From contig OX597827.1 of NCBI GenBank assembly GCA_951406725.2, positions 36,208,001-36,272,000 of the forward strand: a stretch of 64,000 nucleotides of DNA, given 5' to 3'. This stretch comes from Octopus vulgaris (Eukaryota). The position numbers were made by a program, and so were the translations under genes. The notes under the pieces were generated by a model. The model was given only the letters and a program-made list of their open reading frames with translations. It was not told where the DNA came from and did no database searches. Of the stretch, positions 26,275 to 38,299 are shown piece after piece; the first letter of the stretch is position 1; the number at the start of each line of letters is the position of its first letter.

Positions 26275-27877
26275 TATGGACTACATTATCCAATGTGTTC
26301 CTCATTTTTAAGACACTTGGGTGTATTTAAAGCTGTTGGTTGCTATTTTTAGCATGCAATTATATATGGCTGGCTCTCTGTCAGTTTTGATAATGAGCCT
26401 TCAGTTGTTTAATTGACTACATTACCTGCTTATTGAGTTGGTGGATGAATATTCCACCAAAACATGTGCCCTAAATATAACTCTCTGGCAGATTTTGCAT
26501 GACACCATCTGTTACAAGGCTGGGCCTGTGAATTACAGATTCAATCATTTCAACAGGCTTCAATTCAGTTTCTGCCTATCTACCTTCACTCACACATTAT
26601 GGGGTTGACCAAAGACTAGAAAATATCACTTGTCCAAATGCCATGTGTTGGAATTGGACCCAGGACCTCATGGTTACAAAATTCTCAACTGTTCAGCCAT
26701 ACTGTACCTATATATTCTTTTATTCTTTCGCTTGTTTCAGTCATTTGACTGGCCATGCTGGAGCACCACCTTGAAGTGTTTTAGTTGAACAAGCTTAGTA
26801 CTTATTCTATCAGTCTCTTTTGCCAAACCACTGAGTTATGGGGATGTAAACACACTAACACTGGTTGTCAAACAGTGATACGAGGACAAAAACACACACA
26901 CACAAACATATATATATATATATATACACACATACAGACACGATGGTCTTCTTTTAGTTTCCTTCCACCAAATCTACTCACAAGGATTTGGTTGGCCCAA
27001 GGCTATAATGGAAGACATTTTCCCAAGGTGCCATGCAGTGTAGGGCTGAACCCAGAACCATGTATATATATATATGTGTGTGTATATATATATATAGTTT
27101 GATATTACTGGAAATCATTGCAGTGTACTGCAGATTGAAAGTTTTGAAAAAACCCTTCACTTTAATAGGTAGGGTTTAATTTGGTTGTAGAATTTACAGT
27201 ATGCTGGAGAGATTTAAGATTGATAACTAATAAGATGCTCAGCTGTTATTTCAGCTGTATCCAGTCACTGCTGTGAGAAGGAATAAGTCAGCAAGAGATA
27301 TGCATCTTGACAAATGGTCATAGTATACTGCAGAGTTTGTTACTCTGCTAGCTTAGATGCATTGATTATAAATCTATTTCATGTGCTTTTGTTGTGAATT
27401 TAAACAATACACTTAATGCTGTGATGATCAGTTCATGTAACTGCCAAAAATAGTTACTGAAACGTCTGGGTGTTGTTTTACATGTGATAAGTCATCATTT
27501 TGTCTGGTGTGGGTTGGGAGAATTCATTACTCATCTACCTAATGCCATTGGTTTTTAAAAGAGACCAACCGCACATTGGAATCCAGACTCGAAGGAAGTG
27601 TCACTATCTTCAGCTGGTTGACGATTATCTCCCTTGTGGCTGTTCCTCTGACATGATCTACAGAAGTTCTTGCCTGTGTTCAACAACAAAACTTTCTGTG
27701 AATGTGTTTTGTAAAAGTGAAAAAGAAAAACTAATACATTTATGTTTGTATTAACAATTCAAATGTGATGCATAACACAACATTATATTTTCTTTCAATT
27801 CATGATTATTCTTCCTCAGTGAAACGCCAGTAAAAGTTACTTAGCTGCGCTATGATATGTGGTGGTTCTAACTCTTT

Positions 27878-28276
27878 TCTCTCTTTTCTCTTTTACTTGT
27901 TTCAGTCATTTGACTGCGGCCATGCTGGAGCACCACCTTTAGTCGAGCAAATCGAGCCCAGGACTTATTCATTGTAAGCCTAGTACTTATTCTATCGGGC
28001 TCGTTTTTTACCGAACCGCTAAGTTACGGGGACGTAAACACATCAGCATCGGTTGTCAAGCGATGTTGGGGGGACAAACATATACACACACATACATATA
28101 TATACATATATACGATGGGCTTCTTTCAGTTTCCCTCTACCAAATCCACTCACAAGGCTTTGCTCGGCCCAAGACTATAGTAGAAAGCACTTGCCCAAGG
28201 TGCCACGCAGTGGGACTGAACCTGGAACCATGTGGTTGGTAAACAAGCTATTTACCACACAGCCACTCCTACGCCT
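27878..28276 (-). mobile_element. tRNA-derived SINE family B (CORE-like CCTTGGGCAAGT segment, internal CA/TA microsatellite)
   Basis: Reverse head AGGCGTAGGAGTGGCTGTGTGGTAA..GGTTCAGTCCC. Other copies near 4271(+), 4440-4800, 7995, 19340, 21000, 21225(+), 26555 and 26720. Confidence 0.8.
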
Positions 28277-28895
28277 ATTAAAATCTCAAGTGAACCATGC
28301 ACACAACACAACTCAAGACATTGAAGTTACAAAGGAAACTATCAATTAAAACATTTGAGAAAAAGTTTTTTTTTGTTTTTTTTCCCCAGTTTTTGCTTGC
28401 TTCTACAGCTTATGCAACCCAAATACTCTAATGCAGTCATCCCTCAATTATGGTATCTAGCTGCCTTTACTCCACTCCCCATCAGTTTCAGTGGCTTTAA
28501 ACAAGCCTCCCTCCTCTGACAATCATTGTTTAAAAAAAGATCCCTAAAAATGAAACTATATCCATGATTTTTTTTCCTAATTAGATCCTTAATACTTTTT
28601 GCATTAAATATGTTAACACTAACTTTATTATGTCTGTATGATAGTAAAGTCATTGCTAACGTACTCAGAAATTTTAATTCACTAAAATTTCACCATTTGT
28701 GAAGAAATATCATTAGCATAATGATTTAATTGGTGAAAAAAGGTAGTGGAGATTTATCTTGAAATTTAAAATAAAATAAAATGCAGTGAAGAGTGAAGTC
28801 TACTCTCTGATTGTATTAACCAATATATTGGTTAATTTGATCATGGGCCATAATTTAAGATTGTATGAGCCGTATGTGTGTGTGTGTGTGTATAT

Positions 28896-28939
<44 letters not shown>

Positions 28940-29190
28940 ATACATTCATACATATATACACACTTTACTTCCCTTATTTGACCATAATAATTTTATTTTT
29001 ACTGTCTCACTATTTCTGTTTGTTTCTCTCTCTCTCTCTCTCCTATACACACACACACACATTTGAGATCTAGTACTCAATACACAAATCACAGTTTATA
29101 GTTGAAACTCAAACTGACTTTCATTGTTTATTTGTATTACTTTTCACACGACTGATATTTTGATATTCATGAAACAATGTTAAGTTTCTA

Positions 29191-29238
<48 letters not shown>

Positions 29239-31667
29239 TAGGATATATGGGAATATATATATATATATATATACACACAGAGGATATATGGGAATATATA
29301 TATATATACACCCACATACTAACTAAAATAAAATATGAAGATCAGGTTTTGAAATTTAAAAAAATATGCATAATTACAAAACATTTGCAGTTGTCTCTGT
29401 TTTAATGCAGTGGAAGCAACATTTGGCTAAGGATAATGCTTTTTTTTCTTTTGTTTTTTTACTAACAGTAAGCAACATTCAACTGGCAAAAGATACATAT
29501 AAACACACATTCTCACAGAATTATTATTATTAATAGCTGAATAATTCATGTTTACATTACAACTGTTTGCTTTACCTCAGGTAATGTAGAATGTATTATT
29601 CTACATCATCATCATTTAACATCCCCTTTTCCATGCTGGCATTTATTTGACAGTCCAAGAGGAAATGACAAGCCAGCGGGCTGTGCCGAGCTCCAATGTC
29701 TGCTTTGGCGTGGTTACTATGGCAGAATGTCCTTCCTAAAGCCACTTCTTTACAGAATGTACTGGATGTTTTTTTTTTTTCTTGTGGCACCAGCACTAGT
29801 GGGGTAATCTAGCCCTCACAAGATAAGGCTCTTCAACTGATTGGGGTATAAGTATTGAAGGATGTGAAAGTATAATAGAGAGATGTGAACAAGTGTTTTA
29901 TTGAAGAAGAGGATACATAACTTTCCCAGCTGGAAAGAAATAGTGAGATGGTGAGGATATATATATACCCTTTAGGGCCAAGGTGAATATGAGTGAGAGA
30001 ATACAGTTAGAAGAACAGAAAGGATGTGTGAGGCAGTAGGTAAGTGCATTAGAGTAAGAAAAGAGTATGACAAAAGATTAGAGGTGAGGATTTTATCTGA
30101 CTCCACACCATTGAACAGCTATTTTAGTGCTAAACTAATAGCCATGACGTAAAAGCAGATTAACCAACTGTTGATAAAATATATAGTACTCTGCAAATAA
30201 GCATTCAGTTCTCTTGTGTATTGTTGCTTTTAATTATAAAAAATTTTAAATATAAATTATTTATGTTAATTATTAATCACTAATCAAGATCAATTAGTTG
30301 GAGTCCTATGGGAGAGCACATTTTCTTTTTCCTCTTCTAATTTTAATGTATATGTGTGTATGTATGTACGTCTTACACATTATATATAAGATGGGATAAT
30401 GTTAGATTATATCTATAGGTCTGGTGAAACAAACAGGAAAATAGAACTCAAAATATGTTTGTGTGTGTATATATCTATCTATATACATTAAACTATATTT
30501 GATTTGCAGAAGTTGCAGAGTAACTCAAAGGCTGAGAGTTTCGTGCATTGGCCCTTGAGTGACTCTGTAGCATTTGCTGATTAAATATATATACACATAT
30601 ACAAAAAAATACAGTGTGCATACATTATATGTGTGTGTATTAAGGTGGCAAGCTAGCAGAAACGTTAGCATGCCAGGCGAAATTCTTAGTGGTATTCCTT
30701 CTGTCTTTACATTCTGAGTTCAAATTATGCTGAGGTCGACTTTGCCTTTCATCTTTTTCGGGGCTGATAATTTAAGTACCAGTTGCATACTGGGGTTGAT
30801 CTAATTGACTCGCCCTCTCCCCTCAAAATTTTGGGCCTTGTGCCTAGAGTAGAAAAGATTATATGTGTGTGTATTTGAAGGCATGTGGCCTAGTGCGTAC
30901 AGCTTTAGGCTTAGAATCATGAAGTCAGGAGTTCAATTCTTGGGCTGGGTGATGTATTGTGTCCATGAGCAAAGTCCTTCATCTCCCATTGCTGTAGTCT
31001 ATACTAGCAGCTGCAGCTGTTGATTAACTCACTAGTGGGCTGGGATCCTATTTAAGGTTAAAGTCTTGTGCTCTCAATTGCTTAAAAGCCTTAGAAACTG
31101 GAGTAAGCTCTGGCCAAATGAGTCTGTAACCTTGAAACAGACTTCAACTTTTTTTTAATATATACATACACACTTACAAACGCATATATGTGCACACCCA
31201 TACCTACACAAGTTTTTTTTTTAAGAAACTGTTTAGATGAGAGGTTATTAAAATTCTTGAGAAGCTGATATAGTGAGTTTGATTTTGGTTCAGCATTTTA
31301 ATATGTGTGATGATGCCGAGTTGGTGCCACTGGCATTTGATTTTTAATCTTGCCATCTTGTTTTACAGCCAAGCAAGTGAGTATATGAATGTACAAATAT
31401 GAGTGAATTGTATTCAAAGTTAAAATTTTTCTCACTCTATTTACTCAAGCCCTTATAAAACAAAGATATTCCTTGGGTATAGGTGATGCCCCTATACTGT
31501 ACTATAATTTAGTTCAGGAATGGGGGAAATCTCTAGTTTAAAAAATATATTGTATTTTTCTTGAAAGGCTATATGTCAATTAACCATGATTCCTAACACT
31601 GCATGCTGAAAATTACAAACATATACTGGAAAATGTCCATAGTTTATTTTCATATTCACAACTATAA

Positions 31668-31881
31668 CCCTTTTGTGCTTTTGTTACCATATTTCTGTTG
31701 AAATACACTGCCTTTGTTTTGATTAATTTGAAAATAATGAAGAATTTATTAAACTGACTCTATTATCAATCTGATATTTAGAACAAAAATGATCATGAAA
31801 TTTGGCTTTTAGATAATTTTAAATCAGGAAATTAGTATCATAGAACCAGGGGCAGTCTCAGGCAGGTTGGTATTAAGAGGG
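31668..31881. mobile_element. piggyBac-like MITE (~214 bp)
   Basis: (A)TAA-CCCTTTT ... AAGAGGG-TTAA termini; the left TTAA has one mismatch. Confidence 0.45.
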
Positions 31882-33307
31882 TTAAATTAATTATAGTCAT
31901 AATAATAAGTAAATTTATTAAACATTCACTAAATCAATGTTAATTTGTTTTAAAATAGTTGACTAAAGAAATAACATTTAAGTGAAAAGGCAATCAGATT
32001 TTACAGCCTTTTCTCTGCAGGTTCCTTGACCTAAAGTCAGTCAAGGAAGATAGTTGGGAAGTTAAATCTATCTCCAGATTTTGCAGTTACTGGATTTTGT
32101 TTACATCTTCAGAGTAGACATGGTTATGATGATACAGCTTTCTGTGTATATGTCTAGACATTAGGCATAAGTGTTTCTCTCTCTCTCTCTCTTATCATCA
32201 CCATCATTGTTATCATCGTCACCACCACACACATTTCACATCTGCCTTTTTTGAAACAGTTATTCTGTCTAAAAGACAGTGGTTTCTCTCCAACCTTCTT
32301 TTGAACTGTATTAAGCAACCCAACACTGTACACTTTCTTCTCTTTGACAATCAGGTTGCTGTGTTTTCAATATGGTTATTTTCACCTCCAAAAATGTTGA
32401 TCCTTTTTTTTTTTTTATTCATGTAATAACTGTTTCCATTTGTAAACCTGGTTGGAAGAAGGGCTTAATTGATTGATCCATTGATCCTGGTTGATAATCA
32501 GGGAAAATGATTTATAATTTTCTTCATTATTATGTATGTACTGAGTTGGTACCACTGAGGTCAGCTTTGCTTTTTATCCAAAGCAGTCAATTAAGCAATT
32601 ACCTGTTAGTAAAGTACTGGGATTGATTGAATCAACTCACTCCCTTCCTTAAATTTCAAGCCTTGTACCTACATCAGAAACATTTGTTACCATACCAGAC
32701 AAAATGCTTTGTGGCATATTTTCAGGTTTTACATTCTGAGTTCAAATTCCACCTGTCATCATTTCAGAAGTACCAGTTGAGCACTGGGGTTAATGTTGTT
32801 GACTAGTCCCCTGCCCCCAAAATTGTACCTATTTTAGAAAGAATTATTATTGTTTTTATTTTCATTATTATAGGTGTGCTAGCAGAATTGTGAGTGTCAG
32901 GAAAAAATACTTTGTAATTTCTTCCGACCTTTATGATCTAAGTTCAAATCATGCCAAGGTCAATTTTCCTGTTTGTCTCTCCAGAATTGATAAAATAAAG
33001 TACCAGTCAAGTACTGAAGTCTAACCCTTTCCCAGATATTAGGCCTTGCGTCTATGGTAAAAACAACAGTAACAACAGTTGTTGTTGTCATTATTTTTGA
33101 TGATAATAATAATAATAAGCAGTGAACTGCTGGTAGAAGCATTAGCGCTTTAGAGAAAATACCTTGTCTTTTTCTGACTCTTTATGTTCTGAGTCAACTT
33201 TGCTTTCATCCCTCTGAAGTCAATAAAATAAGTGCTCGAGTTGAGAGTATCAATTATTCCTTCCTGTCAAAATTACTGGCCTCATGCCTAAATAAGGAAC
33301 AAATATT

Positions 33308-33601
33308 GTTTGTTCCTTCTCGAGCCATGCCTGGCTCATTAGGACCGGTTTCCTTGGCGTATAGGTTCCCCACCTGGATGGGACACTGGTCCGTTGCAGA
33401 TGAGCTGCTAGATGTAGGCAGAAAGAGTGAGAGAAAGTTGTGGCGAAAGAGTCAGCAGAAGTTCGCCATTACCTTCTGCCGGAGTTGCATGGAGCTTAGG
33501 TGTTTCGCTCATAAACACACACATCGCCCGGTCTGAGATTCGAACCTACGATCCCTCGACCATGAGTCTGCTGCTCTAACCACTAGGCCATGTGCCTCCA
33601 C
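33308..33601 (-). mobile_element. tRNA-derived SINE family D with possible AACAAATATT target duplication
   Basis: Reverse head TGGCCTAGTGGTTAG (A box) and GGTTCGAATC (B box). Relatives at ~5530-5730(-) and ~30878-31140(+). Confidence 0.75.
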
Positions 33602-33721
33602 TAGAAACAAATATTAAGGATGCTGAATTAGCAGAATTGTTAGAACTTCAAGAAAAATGCTTTAAAGTACCAATGAAATACTGGAGCTGATATCAGCTAC
33701 CAGTCTCCTTTCAAACTTGTT

Positions 33722-33823
33722 GGCCTTCTACTGATATTAGAAATAATTGTTCATTAGAGCATTGAAATCATAGGCCTTCTACCCAAATTAGAAATAATTG
33801 TTCATTAGAGCATTGAAATCATA
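33722..33823 (+). repeat. 51-bp tandem duplication
   Basis: ggccttctac....attagaaataattgttcattagagcattgaaatcata occurs twice in a row. Confidence 0.9.
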
Positions 33824-34227
33824 CTGGTATTTGTTCCAGCTCTTTACATTCTGAGTTCCAATCTTGCCATGGTCAACTCTGTCTTTCATCTTTAAGGGTT
33901 GATAAAATAAAGTACCAGTCAAGTACTGTGGTTGACAAACTCTGCCTCCCCTCAGAATTGATTGCCTTGGGCCTAAATCAGAAATCATTATTATTATTAT
34001 TATTATTATTTAGGTGATAAGCTGGCAGAATTGTTAGCATGCCAGGTAAAATGCTTAGCAGCATTTTGTTTGTGTTTACATTCTGAGTGCAAATTCTGCT
34101 GGGGTCAACTTTGCCTTTCATCCTTTTGGGGTTGATAAAATAAGTACCATTTGATCACTGAGGTCAATGTAATGGACTTATCCATTCTCTGAAATTGCTG
34201 GCTTTATGCCAAAATTTAAAACCATTA

Positions 34228-34576
34228 TTACCTCTGCCTTAGCGAATGCAGAAGTATTGTTTTCAGTTGTTGTTTGTGTGTTTGTTTGTCTGAACCGCTG
34301 GATGGATTCAGATGAAACTTTCAGGGATGTTTGGCCTCATGACTGGCATGAACTGATTAGATTTTGGGATCAATCTGGTACTGGACAAGGATTATTATTT
34401 TTTCTGTTTTTTTACTCAATTTTTGAGAGCAGTTGGGTTCATTTTTAGTATTCTTGTTTGTGAGAGCAGTCGAGTTTATTTCAGATTTTCTCATTTTAAA
34501 AATCATCTCCGGCTAATCGTTGAGAAGATGTTGGGATTGCCTTGGCGGAGGTCTGCATCCTCTGAGTGTTCTTGTT
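34228..34576 (+). mobile_element. Helentron-associated (HINE/DINE-1-like) non-autonomous element
   Basis: 5' ACCTCTGCC and 3' GGCGGAGGT subterminal inverted repeats, GTTT/GTCT microsatellite after the 5' repeat, short decayed 3' hairpin, T-rich flanks. Confidence 0.55.
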
Positions 34577-37410
34577 ATTATTAAGGTCGATTTGCCTTTC
34601 ATCTTTTTGGGGTTGATAAATTAAGTACTAGTGAAACACTGGGTCAACGTAATTGGCTAGCCCCCTCCCCCAAAAGATTTCTGGCTTTGTGCCTTTGGCA
34701 GAAAGGATTATTATTATTACTATTGTTTTCATTTTGCTTAGTGTCCTCAAATGCAAAAAAATTAATTCTGTTTATTATCATTATATACTAATACAACAAA
34801 AAAGTAGATAGCAGCTCAAATTACAATTTGTTTTTGTTTCATGTTTTTAATGCTAAGACAATAATTTGAATTATATTGAATTTTCTCAGTGGTAGTCACT
34901 GGCCAAAAGAAGTGGTGGTGGGAGACTGAACAATTAGATTTTAAGAAAGGTTTCTCCAAGCAGCATGATGATATGCAAGAATAGTTTTTGCTTTCAACTG
35001 CCCTCTCTCTGCTTCTCTTTTCAACTCATAATTTTCTCCCCTTCTTTGATAATGTATTATTTTACTCATGAAATTCTGAAGAAGTGTGAGGATTTTGTCT
35101 TAAATAATCGCAGCAGTTGCTGAAGCAAAGCTTTTTATTTTTCTTTGATTAACGAGTTTTATTCTGAAGCAGTATGACCGAATGAATTTCCCCTCAAATT
35201 TATTGTGATAAGTGCATGGCAATACCTAACTTTTGAGATAATTTGTCAATTTTCAAGTTGTGTGAATGTGGGAATGTCAAAGAATTTTGCCTTTAAGTGT
35301 ATAGTGACCATTACTAAAAGTGATCAAGCAAAGTGAGATCTGATCCTTAGAATAAATTCTCAGACTGTATGAGTCTTAATAACTTCCTCTCAGATTTCTA
35401 ATATTAATGGAAAGTGAGGTCTAACTTTTCAGTAATAAGTCTAAGTTCTTAAGCAGTATGAATGTAAAGAATTTTCCCACAGAAATGATATCATCTATGG
35501 CTGAAAATGGAAAGAGAGCATATGTTTATATCGGGGTATTGGTGTAAAATTTCCTCTCAAATTTATGACAACAATAGGTGAAAGAAAAGGAGTGGGTGTA
35601 ACTGATTTTGCCAAGCTCAAGTAAGTGGATTATTATAGTATTGGTTTTGCAGATTTAGAATGTTCTTTTTTTAATGTTTGTGCAGTTCTCTTTATAGACA
35701 GATGCTTTTACTAATAGCAGTCATTCACCTGGGAATGAAAGAATAGAATATGTTGCTAGACCAGCAGACTGAAACAAACTGAGTTCTGTAGCTTGCTCAA
35801 AGGACACCATGTCTAGCATAGTGTGCACAGTTGAGTATTGAAATTACATGTAGTGCACAACTTCTAATTCCTAATTTGTCTAAGTGTAGCTTGGTGATGA
35901 ATGAATTCTGCCTGTCTTGCTTGCCTTAAATAGACAAAAGTATAATGTGCTGTAACTCATGAATTTATTATGAGAGATATAGATATATATATTATGTGTG
36001 TGTGTGTGTGTGTATGTTTACATGCACACATACACATTCCCAGATGTATATCATTATCACCATTTCGTGTCTGTTCTTCATGTCTCTGCTGGCATGGGTT
36101 GGAAAAGATGTTACGGTCCAAGTCAGTTCTTATTCAGAGTTTCTATATATGCTAGTGCACATATATATTAAAAGTTACACACATATACACGTGTGTGTAT
36201 ATATATAGATAGAGTAATAATTCTAACAAGATGTCCTACCCATTAAAAGCTGAAAATTAGACCTAGATGAGTATGAACATGACCCATAATTGTAGTAGCC
36301 CCATTAGGCTTAGCAGCAGTTAGGACCACACTTTGGTTATTGAACTCAAATGTTCTCTTTTAGGAACTACAAACCCCAAAGTCTTTTTAAGAGCAAGGTT
36401 ATACCAAGAAAATTATATAGAATGAATGAATTCATATAGTCTGTAATGTTTATTTATATATCTATGAAGAGATAAACGTGTGTGTGTGTGTCCTACTTTT
36501 ACAAGAAGGGTGACTGACTTCAAAGTCTCAGGCTACTACTTTTTGTTGTACAGATCAACAAAAGCTACCAGCAGGCTGAACCTTTGAATTTACTGTTACT
36601 CTCCTTGTAAAAATGTAATATGTACTCTAGAGAAGAGTAATTAATGATTCTTCAGTTTAATGTTAAATTGTTTTTATTATAACTTGGCATAAAACCAAAC
36701 ATACACACATACACAGATTGATGAATTTTTATGATTACAAAGAACTGCTTACATATAAAGAAGAGTGAATATTTTATTAGATGCTGGAGTCTCTTGAATC
36801 ATTGCTGATTATTTGAATAAAAGAAGGGAAGCAGTGTGGCTATAAATAAGCAAATGTATTTGTAACCACTTGATATATGATTAAACATTTGTGGTTTTTA
36901 ACAAAAGATCAGAATTGATGAATTCTTGCACACACTTCCATTGATATTTATTAAGGAATTTCCAAATACCAACTGATTAAAATACTTCTGCCCTACATAA
37001 TTGGTTTACCATACATACCCTTGAAGATGATTGCTCATTGAAAAAAGAAAAGAGAAAAAAACTATTCACATTCTCAGCAACACCAAAATTACATATACAA
37101 TAGCCATTTTCTTGTTTTTGTTTGTTTTGTACTTACAGTAATAATATGAAAATATATTTTTTTGCATGTAAAAAGCTGAAGTTGTGATGCATTTTTCAAA
37201 TATTTTTTCTTTTTCTTTTTTTTTTTAAACCAATCATATTTCACTGACTAATTGTATTTTGATGTGTATTTATGAATATTTCTGCTTACATAGTGTTACA
37301 CTACTTCCCTTGTTCAAATAATAAGCAATGTGAAATTCAGAGTAATTGTGTGTGTATGTCTGTATATATATATCTATATATATTCACACACAGGTACACA
37401 CCAATTTTAC

Positions 37411-37450
<40 letters not shown>

Positions 37451-37453
<3 letters not shown>

Positions 37454-37826
37454 ATAAATATTAGGGAATAAATCCAAATTTACAGGGAAAAAATCAGATT
37501 TAGGATTAAATCCAATTTTATAGTAAAATATTATATAATATTAAATTCGAGACAAAACCACTATTTTGCAAAACAAACAAGGAAAGACTTAATCAATACA
37601 TAAAAATTTTAATATAAAATAAATAAACCGCCACTACAATCGTTTCATGTCTTTTAATTTATTAAAACTGATTAGAAGATCGGAAATCCACCTGACGAAT
37701 GTCATTTGAAGACATGAAACGATTGTAGTGGCGGTTTATTTATTTTATATTAAAATTTTTATGTATTGATTAAGTCTTTCCTTGTTTGTTTTGCAAAATA
37801 GTGGTTTTGTCTCGAATTAATATTTT
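37451..37826. mobile_element. Penelope-like pseudo-LTR fragment with inverted duplication, inserted in (TA)n
   Basis: 110-bp apparently perfect inverted repeat (37544-37653 / 37709-37818) with a hammerhead at the spacer/right-arm junction; (TA)n on both flanks. Confidence 0.7.
37688..37731 (+). ncRNA. Type I minimal hammerhead ribozyme motif
   Basis: CCAC-CTGACGA-ATGTC atttgaa GACAT-GAAAC-GATT-GTA-GTGG. Intact core, 4-bp helix I, 5-bp helix II, GUA triplet. Confidence 0.82.
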
Positions 37827-37831
37827 ATATA

Positions 37832-37867
<36 letters not shown>

Positions 37868-38299
37868 AATATATGCACACGTATATACTTACACACACAC
37901 ACACACATACTTCGGTATGTACCTGTCATAATATACCTACAACATTACACAAAAAATACTATAAAAAAATATTTTTAGATTTTATTTTTAATACTCTACA
38001 ATTGTTCTTGTTGTTATTATTTGTAAAAGGCAAAAATCTTGTACTTTTTTTAATATTTCCAAAATCTAATTTGTTCCAATTACAAAAATGAATATATATA
38101 TATATAGCCTTTTATTTAAAAAGGTATTTAGCTGAAGATGGTTATTATTTAATCGATTCCGACTGTATAAATTAGGTAACTGTTATAACAGTCGACTTTT
38201 GTTTCTATTTTATTTATTTATTTTTGTCAGTCTATGTTCAAGTATCAGTCTCCTCTGTGCATTATAATGGTTTAAAACCATTATCATTGTAATCATTAT

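Larger units (their letters stand above)
32540..34720. repeat. Cluster of family-A SINE copies with nested SINE-D and HINE insertions
   Basis: Repeated ctgagttcaaat / ctttgcctttcatc / agtaccag blocks separated by (TTA)n. Confidence 0.75.

Noticed and set aside
33500-33601. tRNA-like sequence with A and B boxes
   Set aside because: It is a SINE head: no acceptor stem closure, it runs into SINE body, and decayed relatives occur elsewhere in the window.
35680-37330. 3'-UTR-like AU-rich stretch with an upstream acceptor-like site
   Set aside because: Cannot be tied to any gene without transcript data; such signals are common in AT-rich DNA.
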